This document shows, piece by piece, positions 38,901 through 46,946 of a DNA stretch of 57,869 nt. The stretch is from positions 1 through 57,869 of IMG/VR virus record IMGVR_UViG_3300008448_000091. The stretch is one strand, 5' to 3'. The DNA comes from a virus (lineage: Duplodnaviria > Caudoviricetes). A program made the position numbers and the translations under genes. The notes under the pieces were generated by a model. That model ran no database searches, was not told where the DNA came from, and worked only from the letters and a program-made list of their open reading frames with translations. Every line of letters starts with the position of its first letter. Position 1 is the stretch's first letter.

Positions 38901-39518
38901 TATGTTGTATTTGTTGGTAATTATACAAATAGGGTATCATTTGCTCCTGCTACAGTATCTTTTACTAAAACACAAATACAATTCACACGCAACTACACAC
39001 CTACCGATTTTGATAAGTTGGCAGCGACGGGTGCAATTAGTATATACACTAGTTTTAAGAATGATGGATCGGTTGGTCAGTATAATCGGTTCTTCTCATC
39101 GTCTTTTGTAAACACATACACACGAAATTATACACGTACATATACACGTGTGTACACATCATCGTATACAACACTTTTATATTATACACAGAATTACACT
39201 AACTCATTCACAAGAGCATATACTACACAATATACAGGTGCGTTTACATCACCGACTGTCCAGGCTCCGACTGTATATACACACCCAGATACAGTTGCAT
39301 ATACCCGTACGGTTGTACCATACACAAACGCAGGCGTAGTGTTTACAGATGGTAGTGGATCGATCTACACAACATCAATTGTTTATACAGAAGGTAACAT
39401 AGCATATACTGGTTCTTCGGGAACGTATATTGGACCTGCGATCTACACAGCAGCGGTATCAGGATACACGGGTGGATCAGCGACCTATATATGGACACTA
39501 TGGGTAAGAACAGCGTAA
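35913..39518 (+). CDS. 1201-aa Tyr/Thr/Gly-rich fibre-like protein
   Basis: Paralog of the next gene (EMTD.EI, GIGKY...TP.DPGTW, terminal LWVRTA); irregular YT-rich array. Confidence 0.75.
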   Translation: MAGRPLKALYENRSITFDPQTSVSTTTITVTNNNLSVDDIVVYKVPTGGTSITNLVNGGVYYVVAKPTAGSFSISSTKSGTAINMGTFGSAGQTHTFTTGFSGVKEMTDNEILGWFTPTVLSMLLGDVGALYGVVGDHAFYLNMALGSASPITNETIRTYWYEKHRSSTVGTHPYGSDDDRLYKLIQKEANYGAGVALTTNTRYYKPVTYSYDSGTGTTQITAMTSQQLYDSLIRVTVNSVITGGRSSYFVGQSAPGTGTWVEVTSFDDRYWASGGALTTTTFKLWRRTDSNIAVTNVRPLVTGVTAVSTNPGDLFEMTESLITGDEYSGLGYHYLVSEYIRTTGIGKYQFSITTPTDPGTWLARGQFVDNVNDVTDQSYGQAFTTNYTTVYTTQYASAYTIAPVYNIVYTGGEPSYATVYTLVYGNPFTKTYSGVALYTGAESGVVYSQSVYAGYTAASVGLFTATGSYTRFGVVYGAGQYTNFFTAGVQYTVLVNQAYGGLIWSLGPGGEGDPNYQAYYTGPAYNIFFGAGAVYTSIYISPFTGGLVAYTGVGQGGGPAIGYAQAAVWVGNVVIGNGVYTNEDPLNNTSYSRYGMGSYADFIFGYNQIGYTGVSGSFIPPGDTSGTAYYTRRSSYTSATNGITSAFTSTAIYTGAYTRTYTPNIAISNYGGQPDIINMFTRVWSNALQTYTGNVFSASFLGPVTYGAGAYTAIALNNSSSWTGSPTTFLAAVYAGYTLLDTRTFASLNYYTNRFTGFYGGPSYTGVDAVSYNIIGNRQSFTGGIFGGYTANAILNGSGIFFAGVYGGYTRTSFPFTGSYTGTGAAFYGYPVYYTLTGPNAYVGTYNSNVYTSIFFTRVFGYTRVFTDIDGASYSKVYTGNEGIIAAISLDAHGATAYAQTYADSPGSFVRSSWTSGAVYTVSYGEIRTVQYAAAPLYTASYGGIVNGPVTTAFYTTNVLRYTNDSYIYFANPASPSYSTLLVYGRYAYTLSDGTYVVFVGNYTNRVSFAPATVSFTKTQIQFTRNYTPTDFDKLAATGAISIYTSFKNDGSVGQYNRFFSSSFVNTYTRNYTRTYTRVYTSSYTTLLYYTQNYTNSFTRAYTTQYTGAFTSPTVQAPTVYTHPDTVAYTRTVVPYTNAGVVFTDGSGSIYTTSIVYTEGNIAYTGSSGTYIGPAIYTAAVSGYTGGSATYIWTLWVRTA

Positions 39519-39537
39519 TGTCAATTAGTGTACCTTT

Positions 39538-42500
39538 ATGTCAGCACCTTTAAAATTCTTTTCAAACACTTCTGTTAAAGCTCTTCGTGAAATGTCTGAT
39601 ACAGACATCAACGATTATATCTCTATACGAATTGGAGAAGACTTTGCTGCGACTGAAGGCGTCGGGTCCGTTGCAATCGGATCAATGACCAATGGTACAT
39701 CTATTGGTACATGGACAGACACATTCCGTAATGATGCAATCGGTGCACACCCTGTTGATGCAGCAAACGTTACTTCAACAACTACAACAGTTTACCAAAA
39801 TATATCTAACGGTGCAATAACCGGTACACCCACTCGTCCTATTCAATGGAATAGTGCTTTGAGTGGTGTTCAACAAATGCCTGACAATGCAATTGATACG
39901 AACATCATTGCAAAAGTTGCATCATATATGGTCAACGGTGGGACGGGCAGTTATGTACTACAGCCTACTGCTCCTGCTTCCGGAACATGGGCAAATAGAG
40001 GAACGCTGACCAATACGATTACTCCAGGTACAACTGCAAACACATATCTGTGGCAGAAGACTGCAGAGACAGTAACAAACACCACACGTCCTATTAAATG
40101 GGGTGCTAGTTTAAATGAAATGACTGATGTTGAAATCAAGTCACTAACATTCAAGCTTCGTAACTACATCGTTAATAACGGAATTGGTAAGTATAAATTA
40201 TCTGCATCAACTCCTGTAGATCCTGGAACGTGGGTTCAGGCTGGTAGTGGATTTGATGATACAAGACAAGCAACATCAAGTCCTGGATATAATCAGTCGT
40301 TTTCGGGTGCATATAACCAGCCGTTTACACAAGTATACTCTGGTTCGTTTACTGGTGCATACACAATTCCGTATACAAATTCTTTTACTGGTGCATTCAC
40401 TGGATCGTATACCGGCGCTTACAATCAAGCGTATACACAAAATTACACTGGTGTATATAACCAAGTCTACACGACATTGTACACCGGTGCATATACACAA
40501 GCATATACTCAAACGTATACCGGCGCATTTACTGGAAGCTACACTCAGACGTACACCGGTGCGTTTGTTGGTGCATATAACCAAACATTCCTTGGCGTAT
40601 ATAACCGCGCATATACATTCCCATACACAGGTGCGTTTACTGGTAGCTACACAGGTGCGTTTACTGGTTTATATGCTGGTGCGTACAACCAAGCATTTGC
40701 TGGTGCTTATAACCAAGCATTTGCTGGTGCTTATAATCAAGCGTTTGCGGGTTTTTATAATACAGCCTACACGTTCCCATACACGGGTGGCTTCACTGGA
40801 TCATACACGGGTGCGTTTACTGGTCTATATGCTGGCGCGTACAACCAAGCATTTGCTGGATTTTATAATACAGCCTATACGTTCCCATACACAGGAGCAT
40901 TTACTGGTAGCTATACTGGTGCATTTACAGGTGCATATGTAGGTGCATATAACCAAGCATTTGCTGGGTTTTATAATACAGCCTACACGTTTCCGTATAC
41001 AGGTGCGTTTACTGGAGCCTATAATAATTTCTTTGCGCAAACGTTTCAAGGCGCATCGTATATACAGTTTTATACACTCCAATTTACAGGTCTAGCTGCG
41101 TATGGACCACTATACACGGGACCAGCGGTATATAACAGAAACTACACACAAATATATACAACCCAACTTGGATATCAAGTAACTGGTGGGGGAACCTTTG
41201 GAGTAAATATTTTTATTGGTGCATGGACGAGTACATATTCATTAATTATTGCAACATATACGTCCGTGTATACTTCTAATGTTGTTTACACCCAGGTATC
41301 TAATCCTGTATACACACTTACTATTTCTACTAGCTATAACAGTAACTGGTCAGGACTCCAGTACTGGTCAGGAATTCAACCACAAGCATTTTGGTCAAGC
41401 GTCTTTACGGGTGCGTATTTTTATCAAGGGTATGGAACCCCCAACTCTGCAACTTACGGGAATTTCTTTGTTCAACCTCAGGGCAGTGCTGGCTTCACGC
41501 GAATCGTAACTTTCGGAACTTCCTGGACAAGCGCAGTTAGTACGTCATACACACGTACTATTACATCAACATACACACGCACCTTATCGTATGCTGGTAC
41601 TTTTAATCAAATAGGCGTATTCACTGTTGTGTATGCTGGATATTATACACGTACGTTCACAGGTCCAGCGTTGTATGCACGTGCATTCTCAGGAATAGTT
41701 ATATCACCCAATGCTCAAACATACTCACGTGTATTTACAGGGCCAAGTGAATTTGTGAGATTCTTTACAAGAAACTGGACATCTTCCTGGTCAGGGAATT
41801 TCACAGGAGCGTTTGCGGGAGCGTATAATCAGGTATTCAATCAAGCATATACGCGGGCGTTCACAGGATCGTATACATTCCCTTATACAGGAACATATGT
41901 TGGTGCCTACAATCAAGCGTTTGCTGGAACGTTTAATACTGCGTTTAATCGAGGATTCACAAGAGCGTTTACGGGATCGTACACCTTTCCGTACACTGGA
42001 ACGTATGCAGGATCTTATCAACAAGCATTTGCTGGTACTTTTAACACTGCGTTCAATTTAGGATATACGAGAGCGTTTACAGGATCATACACGTTCCCAT
42101 ACACCGGCACCTATACATTTCCTTATACAGGAACATATACTTTCCCATACACTGGAACATATGCAGGAGCTTATCAGCAAGCGTTTGCTGGAACGTTCCA
42201 GCAGGTGTTTAATAACCAATATACGTTTCCATATACTGGTGGGTACACACAAGCCTACACAGGAACATATACAGGCGCGTTTAATCAAGCATTTGTTGGA
42301 TCTTATCAACAAGTATTTACGAGAGCGTACACGTTTCCATACACTGGGACATACGCTACTGGATATACAACACCCTACACAGGATTCTATGCTCAGAATT
42401 ATACAACCACTTACACTGGTAGTTATGTTGGTAGCTACCAGAACGTATTTACAGGTCAGTTTACAAGAGCGTATACGGGAACGTTTGCTAACATTTTTAC

Positions 42501-42615
42501 GAGACTATATACCGGTATATTCACAGGTGCGTACACGGGAATATTTACAGGGTTGACCATTGACGCGTCAACGGAGACAATAGCATCTACTAAACTATGG
42601 GTGAGAACAGCATGA
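39538..42615 (+). CDS. 1025-aa fibre-like protein with two (Y/F)xxx tetrapeptide arrays
   Basis: Strict 4-residue aromatic periodicity over two ~250-aa arms; terminal LWVRTA. Confidence 0.8.
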   Translation: MSAPLKFFSNTSVKALREMSDTDINDYISIRIGEDFAATEGVGSVAIGSMTNGTSIGTWTDTFRNDAIGAHPVDAANVTSTTTTVYQNISNGAITGTPTRPIQWNSALSGVQQMPDNAIDTNIIAKVASYMVNGGTGSYVLQPTAPASGTWANRGTLTNTITPGTTANTYLWQKTAETVTNTTRPIKWGASLNEMTDVEIKSLTFKLRNYIVNNGIGKYKLSASTPVDPGTWVQAGSGFDDTRQATSSPGYNQSFSGAYNQPFTQVYSGSFTGAYTIPYTNSFTGAFTGSYTGAYNQAYTQNYTGVYNQVYTTLYTGAYTQAYTQTYTGAFTGSYTQTYTGAFVGAYNQTFLGVYNRAYTFPYTGAFTGSYTGAFTGLYAGAYNQAFAGAYNQAFAGAYNQAFAGFYNTAYTFPYTGGFTGSYTGAFTGLYAGAYNQAFAGFYNTAYTFPYTGAFTGSYTGAFTGAYVGAYNQAFAGFYNTAYTFPYTGAFTGAYNNFFAQTFQGASYIQFYTLQFTGLAAYGPLYTGPAVYNRNYTQIYTTQLGYQVTGGGTFGVNIFIGAWTSTYSLIIATYTSVYTSNVVYTQVSNPVYTLTISTSYNSNWSGLQYWSGIQPQAFWSSVFTGAYFYQGYGTPNSATYGNFFVQPQGSAGFTRIVTFGTSWTSAVSTSYTRTITSTYTRTLSYAGTFNQIGVFTVVYAGYYTRTFTGPALYARAFSGIVISPNAQTYSRVFTGPSEFVRFFTRNWTSSWSGNFTGAFAGAYNQVFNQAYTRAFTGSYTFPYTGTYVGAYNQAFAGTFNTAFNRGFTRAFTGSYTFPYTGTYAGSYQQAFAGTFNTAFNLGYTRAFTGSYTFPYTGTYTFPYTGTYTFPYTGTYAGAYQQAFAGTFQQVFNNQYTFPYTGGYTQAYTGTYTGAFNQAFVGSYQQVFTRAYTFPYTGTYATGYTTPYTGFYAQNYTTTYTGSYVGSYQNVFTGQFTRAYTGTFANIFTRLYTGIFTGAYTGIFTGLTIDASTETIASTKLWVRTA
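40288..41055 (+). repeat. 12-bp-period coding array, outgoing arm (~64 tetrads)
   Basis: YTGA/FTGS/YNQA/FAGA/YTFP units with a 108-bp higher-order period. Confidence 0.92.
41764..42555 (+). repeat. 12-bp-period coding array, returning arm (~66 tetrads)
   Basis: YTFP/YTGT/YQQA/FAGT units with a 108-bp higher-order period. Confidence 0.92.
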
Positions 42616-43073
42616 AGCGTACTATCAAAAATCCGCATTGGACAAACAATGCAAGGACAATTTTATCAGCAGAATTTCATTATGAGGATGGTCGTGTTAC
42701 AACAGCTACCATTTCTGATACGGATGTTGGGAATCCTGATCTTAAAGAAATTCTTGAAACTTTTACTACTGAAGAGCTTGAAAAAAATACGCAAAACGTA
42801 ATTAGAAAAATTCAAGGCGAGCGTGAGAGACAAGCTATTCTCGAAGAAACAAAAGCTGAGCGTAAAAAACAAGAAGATTTGTTTGCTGTCAAAATGAAGT
42901 CTTTTGAGATTGAGGCTATTAAGAATTCTACCAATAGATCTCTCAAGTCAAAGATCCGTAGAGCAAAGAGTGATTTGGAAGTAATGGCTTATACGGTAGC
43001 TCTAATCCTTGAAGAAGATAAAAACCCCTCAGTAGTAACTACCCAAGAAACAATAGATACACAGACTGCTTAA
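42612..43073 (+). CDS. hypothetical protein, possibly a fibre assembly chaperone
   Basis: ATGA-coupled to the fibre gene; NPHWTN start, helical C-half. Confidence 0.6.
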   Translation: MKRTIKNPHWTNNARTILSAEFHYEDGRVTTATISDTDVGNPDLKEILETFTTEELEKNTQNVIRKIQGERERQAILEETKAERKKQEDLFAVKMKSFEIEAIKNSTNRSLKSKIRRAKSDLEVMAYTVALILEEDKNPSVVTTQETIDTQTA

Positions 43074-43074
43074 T

Positions 43075-43776
43075 ATGATTCCTGATAATGGTTTTTTAAT
43101 TGTTGCTTCAGTTTTGGAAGAGTATGTTCGTAGTGCTTCGTTTTGTGCTGGTACTATAAAAGACAATTATCCCGAGGCACATATTACTCTTGTTGTGCCT
43201 CCTAAGCTACGACACTTTGCTGATACAACATGCTTTGATTTGATTATATCTGATGAAGATGTTCCCAATGATGCTCGTACAAAACTTTATGGTCTCTCGC
43301 GTACTCCATATAAAAATTTAACAGCATACGTTGATGCTGATATGGAATGTTGGCATTCCGATGTTGCCACTATTTGGGATCAAATGCCCGAAGATGCTGA
43401 TATGTTGATTACACGAATTAGACCGTACAACGGAAAGATACACAAGTGGCCAACAGGTGAAATGTTATATCATGGTGGATTCTTCGTTTATCGAAACACC
43501 CCATTTATGATTGACTTCATGCATCAATGGTATTCCGACTATAGAAAGCAGAAGAATGAACCGTGGCCATATCCAGACCACGAGATCCCAATTGATTTAC
43601 GTCCGTGGGATCAATTTACATTATGGAAGATGATGAATATTGACAAGTTGCCAATTAACGTGCAGGTGTTTAAAGATGATGCGCGATGGAATTTTGTTAA
43701 CGGATATTATCCGACAGAAACAAAAAGTCCAATTATTTTTTGGCACCATACAATACCATCAAGAAGAGGGATGTAA
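43075..43776 (+). CDS. GT-A fold glycosyltransferase (GT8-like)
   Basis: KLYGLSRTPY...YVDAD (DxD), HGGFFVY, WDQ, RWN, terminal HH. Confidence 0.75.
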   Translation: MIPDNGFLIVASVLEEYVRSASFCAGTIKDNYPEAHITLVVPPKLRHFADTTCFDLIISDEDVPNDARTKLYGLSRTPYKNLTAYVDADMECWHSDVATIWDQMPEDADMLITRIRPYNGKIHKWPTGEMLYHGGFFVYRNTPFMIDFMHQWYSDYRKQKNEPWPYPDHEIPIDLRPWDQFTLWKMMNIDKLPINVQVFKDDARWNFVNGYYPTETKSPIIFWHHTIPSRRGM

Positions 43777-44417
43777 TGCAAACGGTACAGATAAAAAATA
43801 TTGAATTAAAAGAGATCCTTAATAGGTTTATAACATCTCTTCTCAGTGTTGATCGGTCAAAGTTTCCTTATGGACCTAATGGGAGAGGTCCGGAAGGTGT
43901 TACTATGACGCCTGACTATGCTTGCGGTGAAGAGTATTTAAAATTCATGCAAGCAAAAAAAGATGTCACGGGGTTTCCAGAGTGCACGCTTGGTATTGAT
44001 CTTGGGCAGTGGCAACCACCACAGCCTGAACTCAGAGCAGCGTTGAAGTTACTAGATCAAGAATTAATGACGTGGCAGGGCTCACGTAATAATGCTGTTA
44101 AAATGTTATATCCAAAAGGTGGGTATATGGGATGGCATCATAATGCCAATGCTCCTGGTCTTAATATTCTTTTGTCGTGGTCAAAGGATGGAAAAGGATA
44201 CTTTATGTACCAAGATCCAATTACAAAAGAGATTGTTCGTATGCACGACACTCCGGGCTGGACATGTAAAGTTGGATACTACGGCAAATGGGGCGAGACG
44301 GATAAAATATACTGGCACGGTGCAAATGCAGAGCATGAAGAACGATTTACATTAGGATACATTATTCCTCACAGGGGACTGTGGGAAGACATGATTGCAG
44401 ACATTGAATCAGAATAA
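43776..44417 (+). CDS. cupin/2OG-Fe(II) oxygenase-like protein
   Basis: LYPKGGYMGWHHN...YWHGA...RFTL double-stranded beta-helix pattern; ATG overlaps the upstream TAA. Confidence 0.6.
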   Translation: MQTVQIKNIELKEILNRFITSLLSVDRSKFPYGPNGRGPEGVTMTPDYACGEEYLKFMQAKKDVTGFPECTLGIDLGQWQPPQPELRAALKLLDQELMTWQGSRNNAVKMLYPKGGYMGWHHNANAPGLNILLSWSKDGKGYFMYQDPITKEIVRMHDTPGWTCKVGYYGKWGETDKIYWHGANAEHEERFTLGYIIPHRGLWEDMIADIESE

Positions 44418-45118
44418 TATTTAAAGCAATCCAAATAGTCCTGATCAGTTGTAAGGCCGTTTAATAATAATACAGGAAATATTCCAAGCAAGGGGGCTAA
44501 CAGCTCCCTTTTGTTTTGCACTTTAATATGGAGCCTCCGATCTACTCCATACAGAAATGAGTGGAAAATTCCTAATGGGAAAGTCTTTACCGCACCGCGA
44601 GACTCCCATACCTTGTGTAGATAAACATCCATGCCTTGGTTATATTTAATACTGTTGTAGTCTACATCTGATATAAACTGATCCCATATAGCATGCACGG
44701 CTGGTTGTCCTGGTATCCATGTAATACAACTGGAATTTAAGTTATGAAGTGTATACTTGTTGGTCACATTACGCCATATTACATTAATAACAGTCACTGC
44801 GTTTTCGTGGTTTATATTACTCAAGAAAGTAATATCAGATTTTATAACCATATCCAAATCAAAAAACATTCTTGGACCTGGGCCAATCATTTGGTCAAAT
44901 TGCTTACTAAATAGAAATAACTTGTTGTGTGTTATTGTTGTTAAGTCGTGATCAATATAATGAACTATCTTAACATCGGAGTGCAAGTTCGTGGTGTTGT
45001 CAGTGTAACAAAAAAACTCAAACGGTGTGTGTATATGCCTCTTACACATCGCGTATAGATTATTAACATAATATGGTTCAAACAAAGTACCCAGTTTAAC
45101 ACAAATAACTTTTAACAT
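44369..45118 (-). CDS. glycosyltransferase (GT-A)
   Basis: VICVKLG..YVNNL, FFCYTD, NKLFLF, FFDLDMVI (DxD), NSS. Confidence 0.75.
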   Translation of the reverse strand: MLKVICVKLGTLFEPYYVNNLYAMCKRHIHTPFEFFCYTDNTTNLHSDVKIVHYIDHDLTTITHNKLFLFSKQFDQMIGPGPRMFFDLDMVIKSDITFLSNINHENAVTVINVIWRNVTNKYTLHNLNSSCITWIPGQPAVHAIWDQFISDVDYNSIKYNQGMDVYLHKVWESRGAVKTFPLGIFHSFLYGVDRRLHIKVQNKRELLAPLLGIFPVLLLNGLTTDQDYLDCFKYYSDSMSAIMSSHSPL

Positions 45119-45130
45119 AGGAAAATAAAA

Positions 45131-45763
45131 ATGTATGTAGTTTCAACGGCAAGATCAAATTCGACTGAGTTTTGTTTGAAATATTCTTTCGATAACAACA
45201 AACAGTTTATGGGTGAGTTAACGTATGCTATCAATAATCCCCTTAAACCTGATGCAATTGGTGCACCATTTGTAAATATAAAACAAGAATTTCACGAAAC
45301 AGGTATACAGCCGACATATACGATACCAAACCTCGTCACCAACTGGTCAAACATAAGCGATCCCAATACACTATCGTTAATAAGAGTAGTAGATAATATG
45401 CCTCTTTATGATAATGCTGCCTTTTTGATTACAAGAAAGAACATAAGAGAACAGTTGTTATCTATGGTTAATTATAGACTGAAGGTATTTGTTGGTATCA
45501 CTGGTAGCTCTATTATAACAGTTAACACATTTAATATGATGAATCTTTGCTCAGTATTGATGACACACGTATGTGTTTTACTCCAATACGCAAAGGTATA
45601 TAGCAGAGAGATAACGTGGACAGAAGATTTTTCTACACCGTCTACATTGTACCCATACATTGATGCATGGGAGAATAAAACTGAGTTTTTAATACTTCTC
45701 GATAGACAGCTTGCAAAAATTGACTTTGCTAGCTTTAACAATCAAATTATTATTTCACCATAA
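45131..45763 (+). CDS. hypothetical protein, degenerate sulfotransferase-like
   Basis: N-terminal VVSTARSNST resembles the 5'-PSB loop; TRKNIREQLLS resembles the 3'-PB motif. Confidence 0.4.
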   Translation: MYVVSTARSNSTEFCLKYSFDNNKQFMGELTYAINNPLKPDAIGAPFVNIKQEFHETGIQPTYTIPNLVTNWSNISDPNTLSLIRVVDNMPLYDNAAFLITRKNIREQLLSMVNYRLKVFVGITGSSIITVNTFNMMNLCSVLMTHVCVLLQYAKVYSREITWTEDFSTPSTLYPYIDAWENKTEFLILLDRQLAKIDFASFNNQIIISP

Positions 45764-46344
45764 TGTATGATCTTCTTCAAAATGTATCAACAGTTTTGAG
45801 GTCATCAAGTTTTCAAACCATTGATTCAATTGCTGATTCGATGAGTCCCACACAGTATAGATCAAAACAGTGGTTAGTATCAACTCTACTAGGTTTGAAC
45901 TTAAACTCAAAACGGATTTTGATCCTCGGTGGGTGGTATGGAACATACCTTGTGCCAATGTTACAACAATTGAATCCTGTTTTAATACATCATACCGATA
46001 AAGACGAAAATACAATTAAGAAAGCAAAGCAGTTGCATCAACATTATAATAATTGTTTATTTGAAGTGTTAGACGCGAATGTTATGCAAAACTTTAGCTT
46101 GCAAACGGATATGGTGATTAACACATCGTGTGAGCATATGAATAATATGGATCAGATTGTTGATGCAAATCCAAATTGTGTATATGTTTTACAGTCATGT
46201 GATAACAAAAATGATCCTGGGCATATCAATATAGTGAATTCATCAGAAGAGCTGGCATTGAAATCAGGTATATCGAGCATTATGTGGCAGGGAACAATGT
46301 CACTGGGTCATAAAAACAGGTTTATGGTTGTTGGGACCAAGTGA
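45763..46344 (+). CDS. class I SAM-dependent methyltransferase-like
   Basis: SKQWL, ILILGGWYG, DMVINTSCEHM, RFMVVG. Confidence 0.75.
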   Translation: MYDLLQNVSTVLRSSSFQTIDSIADSMSPTQYRSKQWLVSTLLGLNLNSKRILILGGWYGTYLVPMLQQLNPVLIHHTDKDENTIKKAKQLHQHYNNCLFEVLDANVMQNFSLQTDMVINTSCEHMNNMDQIVDANPNCVYVLQSCDNKNDPGHINIVNSSEELALKSGISSIMWQGTMSLGHKNRFMVVGTK

Positions 46345-46355
46345 TTTTCAAGTAT

Positions 46356-46363
46356 TATAAATA
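46356..46363 (+). promoter_or_regulatory. late promoter TATAAATA
   Basis: Exact consensus, intergenic, before a structural operon. Confidence 0.8.
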
Positions 46364-46395
46364 CTGTGCAAATAACAATAATTTAGCGGAACACT

Positions 46396-46722
46396 ATGGC
46401 TATAAAAGCAAATCTCATAATTGACCAGGGAACGGACTATTCCACGTCAATTACTCTGACCGATGATGAGGGTAGTATCATTGCCTTGACGGGTTATACG
46501 GCCAATGCTCAAATACGTAAAACGTATAGTTCATCAAATTCTGTAGCGTTTGCGGTTACAATCAGTGAGGCAGCTGGGTTGGTGACACTTGCACTAACAG
46601 CTAATCAGTCTGCAAATATGACACCTGGCCGCTTCGTATATGATGTAATGATCAATAGCGGCTCAGTTAAATCGAGAATTGTTGAAGGTATTGTAACACT
46701 AACACCAAGAGTAACACAATGA
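46396..46722 (+). CDS. small Ig-like virion protein (BppU-N-like)
   Basis: NLIIDQGTDY..LTGYTANAQIRK..YDV..RIVEG. Confidence 0.7.
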   Translation: MAIKANLIIDQGTDYSTSITLTDDEGSIIALTGYTANAQIRKTYSSSNSVAFAVTISEAAGLVTLALTANQSANMTPGRFVYDVMINSGSVKSRIVEGIVTLTPRVTQ

Positions 46723-46946
46723 CAGGCATAGTTGTTAAATTTGCTCCATTGGGTGGGTTGCAACAATCCAACTCACCAATTACATTAAAAAACACAATCC
46801 AGGCGGATTCTGGCAGACGTTTAGATACGTTGCTAGATGTGACGGCAGATAACGCTAATACAGTAGCGGGAAGCACCCTTGTTTATGATCCAAGTACGGA
46901 CAAATACATCGTAAAACTACTAGACCTAGACGGGGGAAGCTTCTAA
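46719..46946 (+). CDS. small virion protein
   Basis: LDTLLDV..GSTLVYD, ends LDGGSF. Confidence 0.7.
   Translation: MTGIVVKFAPLGGLQQSNSPITLKNTIQADSGRRLDTLLDVTADNANTVAGSTLVYDPSTDKYIVKLLDLDGGSF

Noticed and set aside
40288-42555. CRISPR array or DNA inverted repeat as an explanation of the periodic region
   Set aside because: Repeats are in-frame with synonymous variation, have no unique spacers, and the paired blocks are not reverse complements
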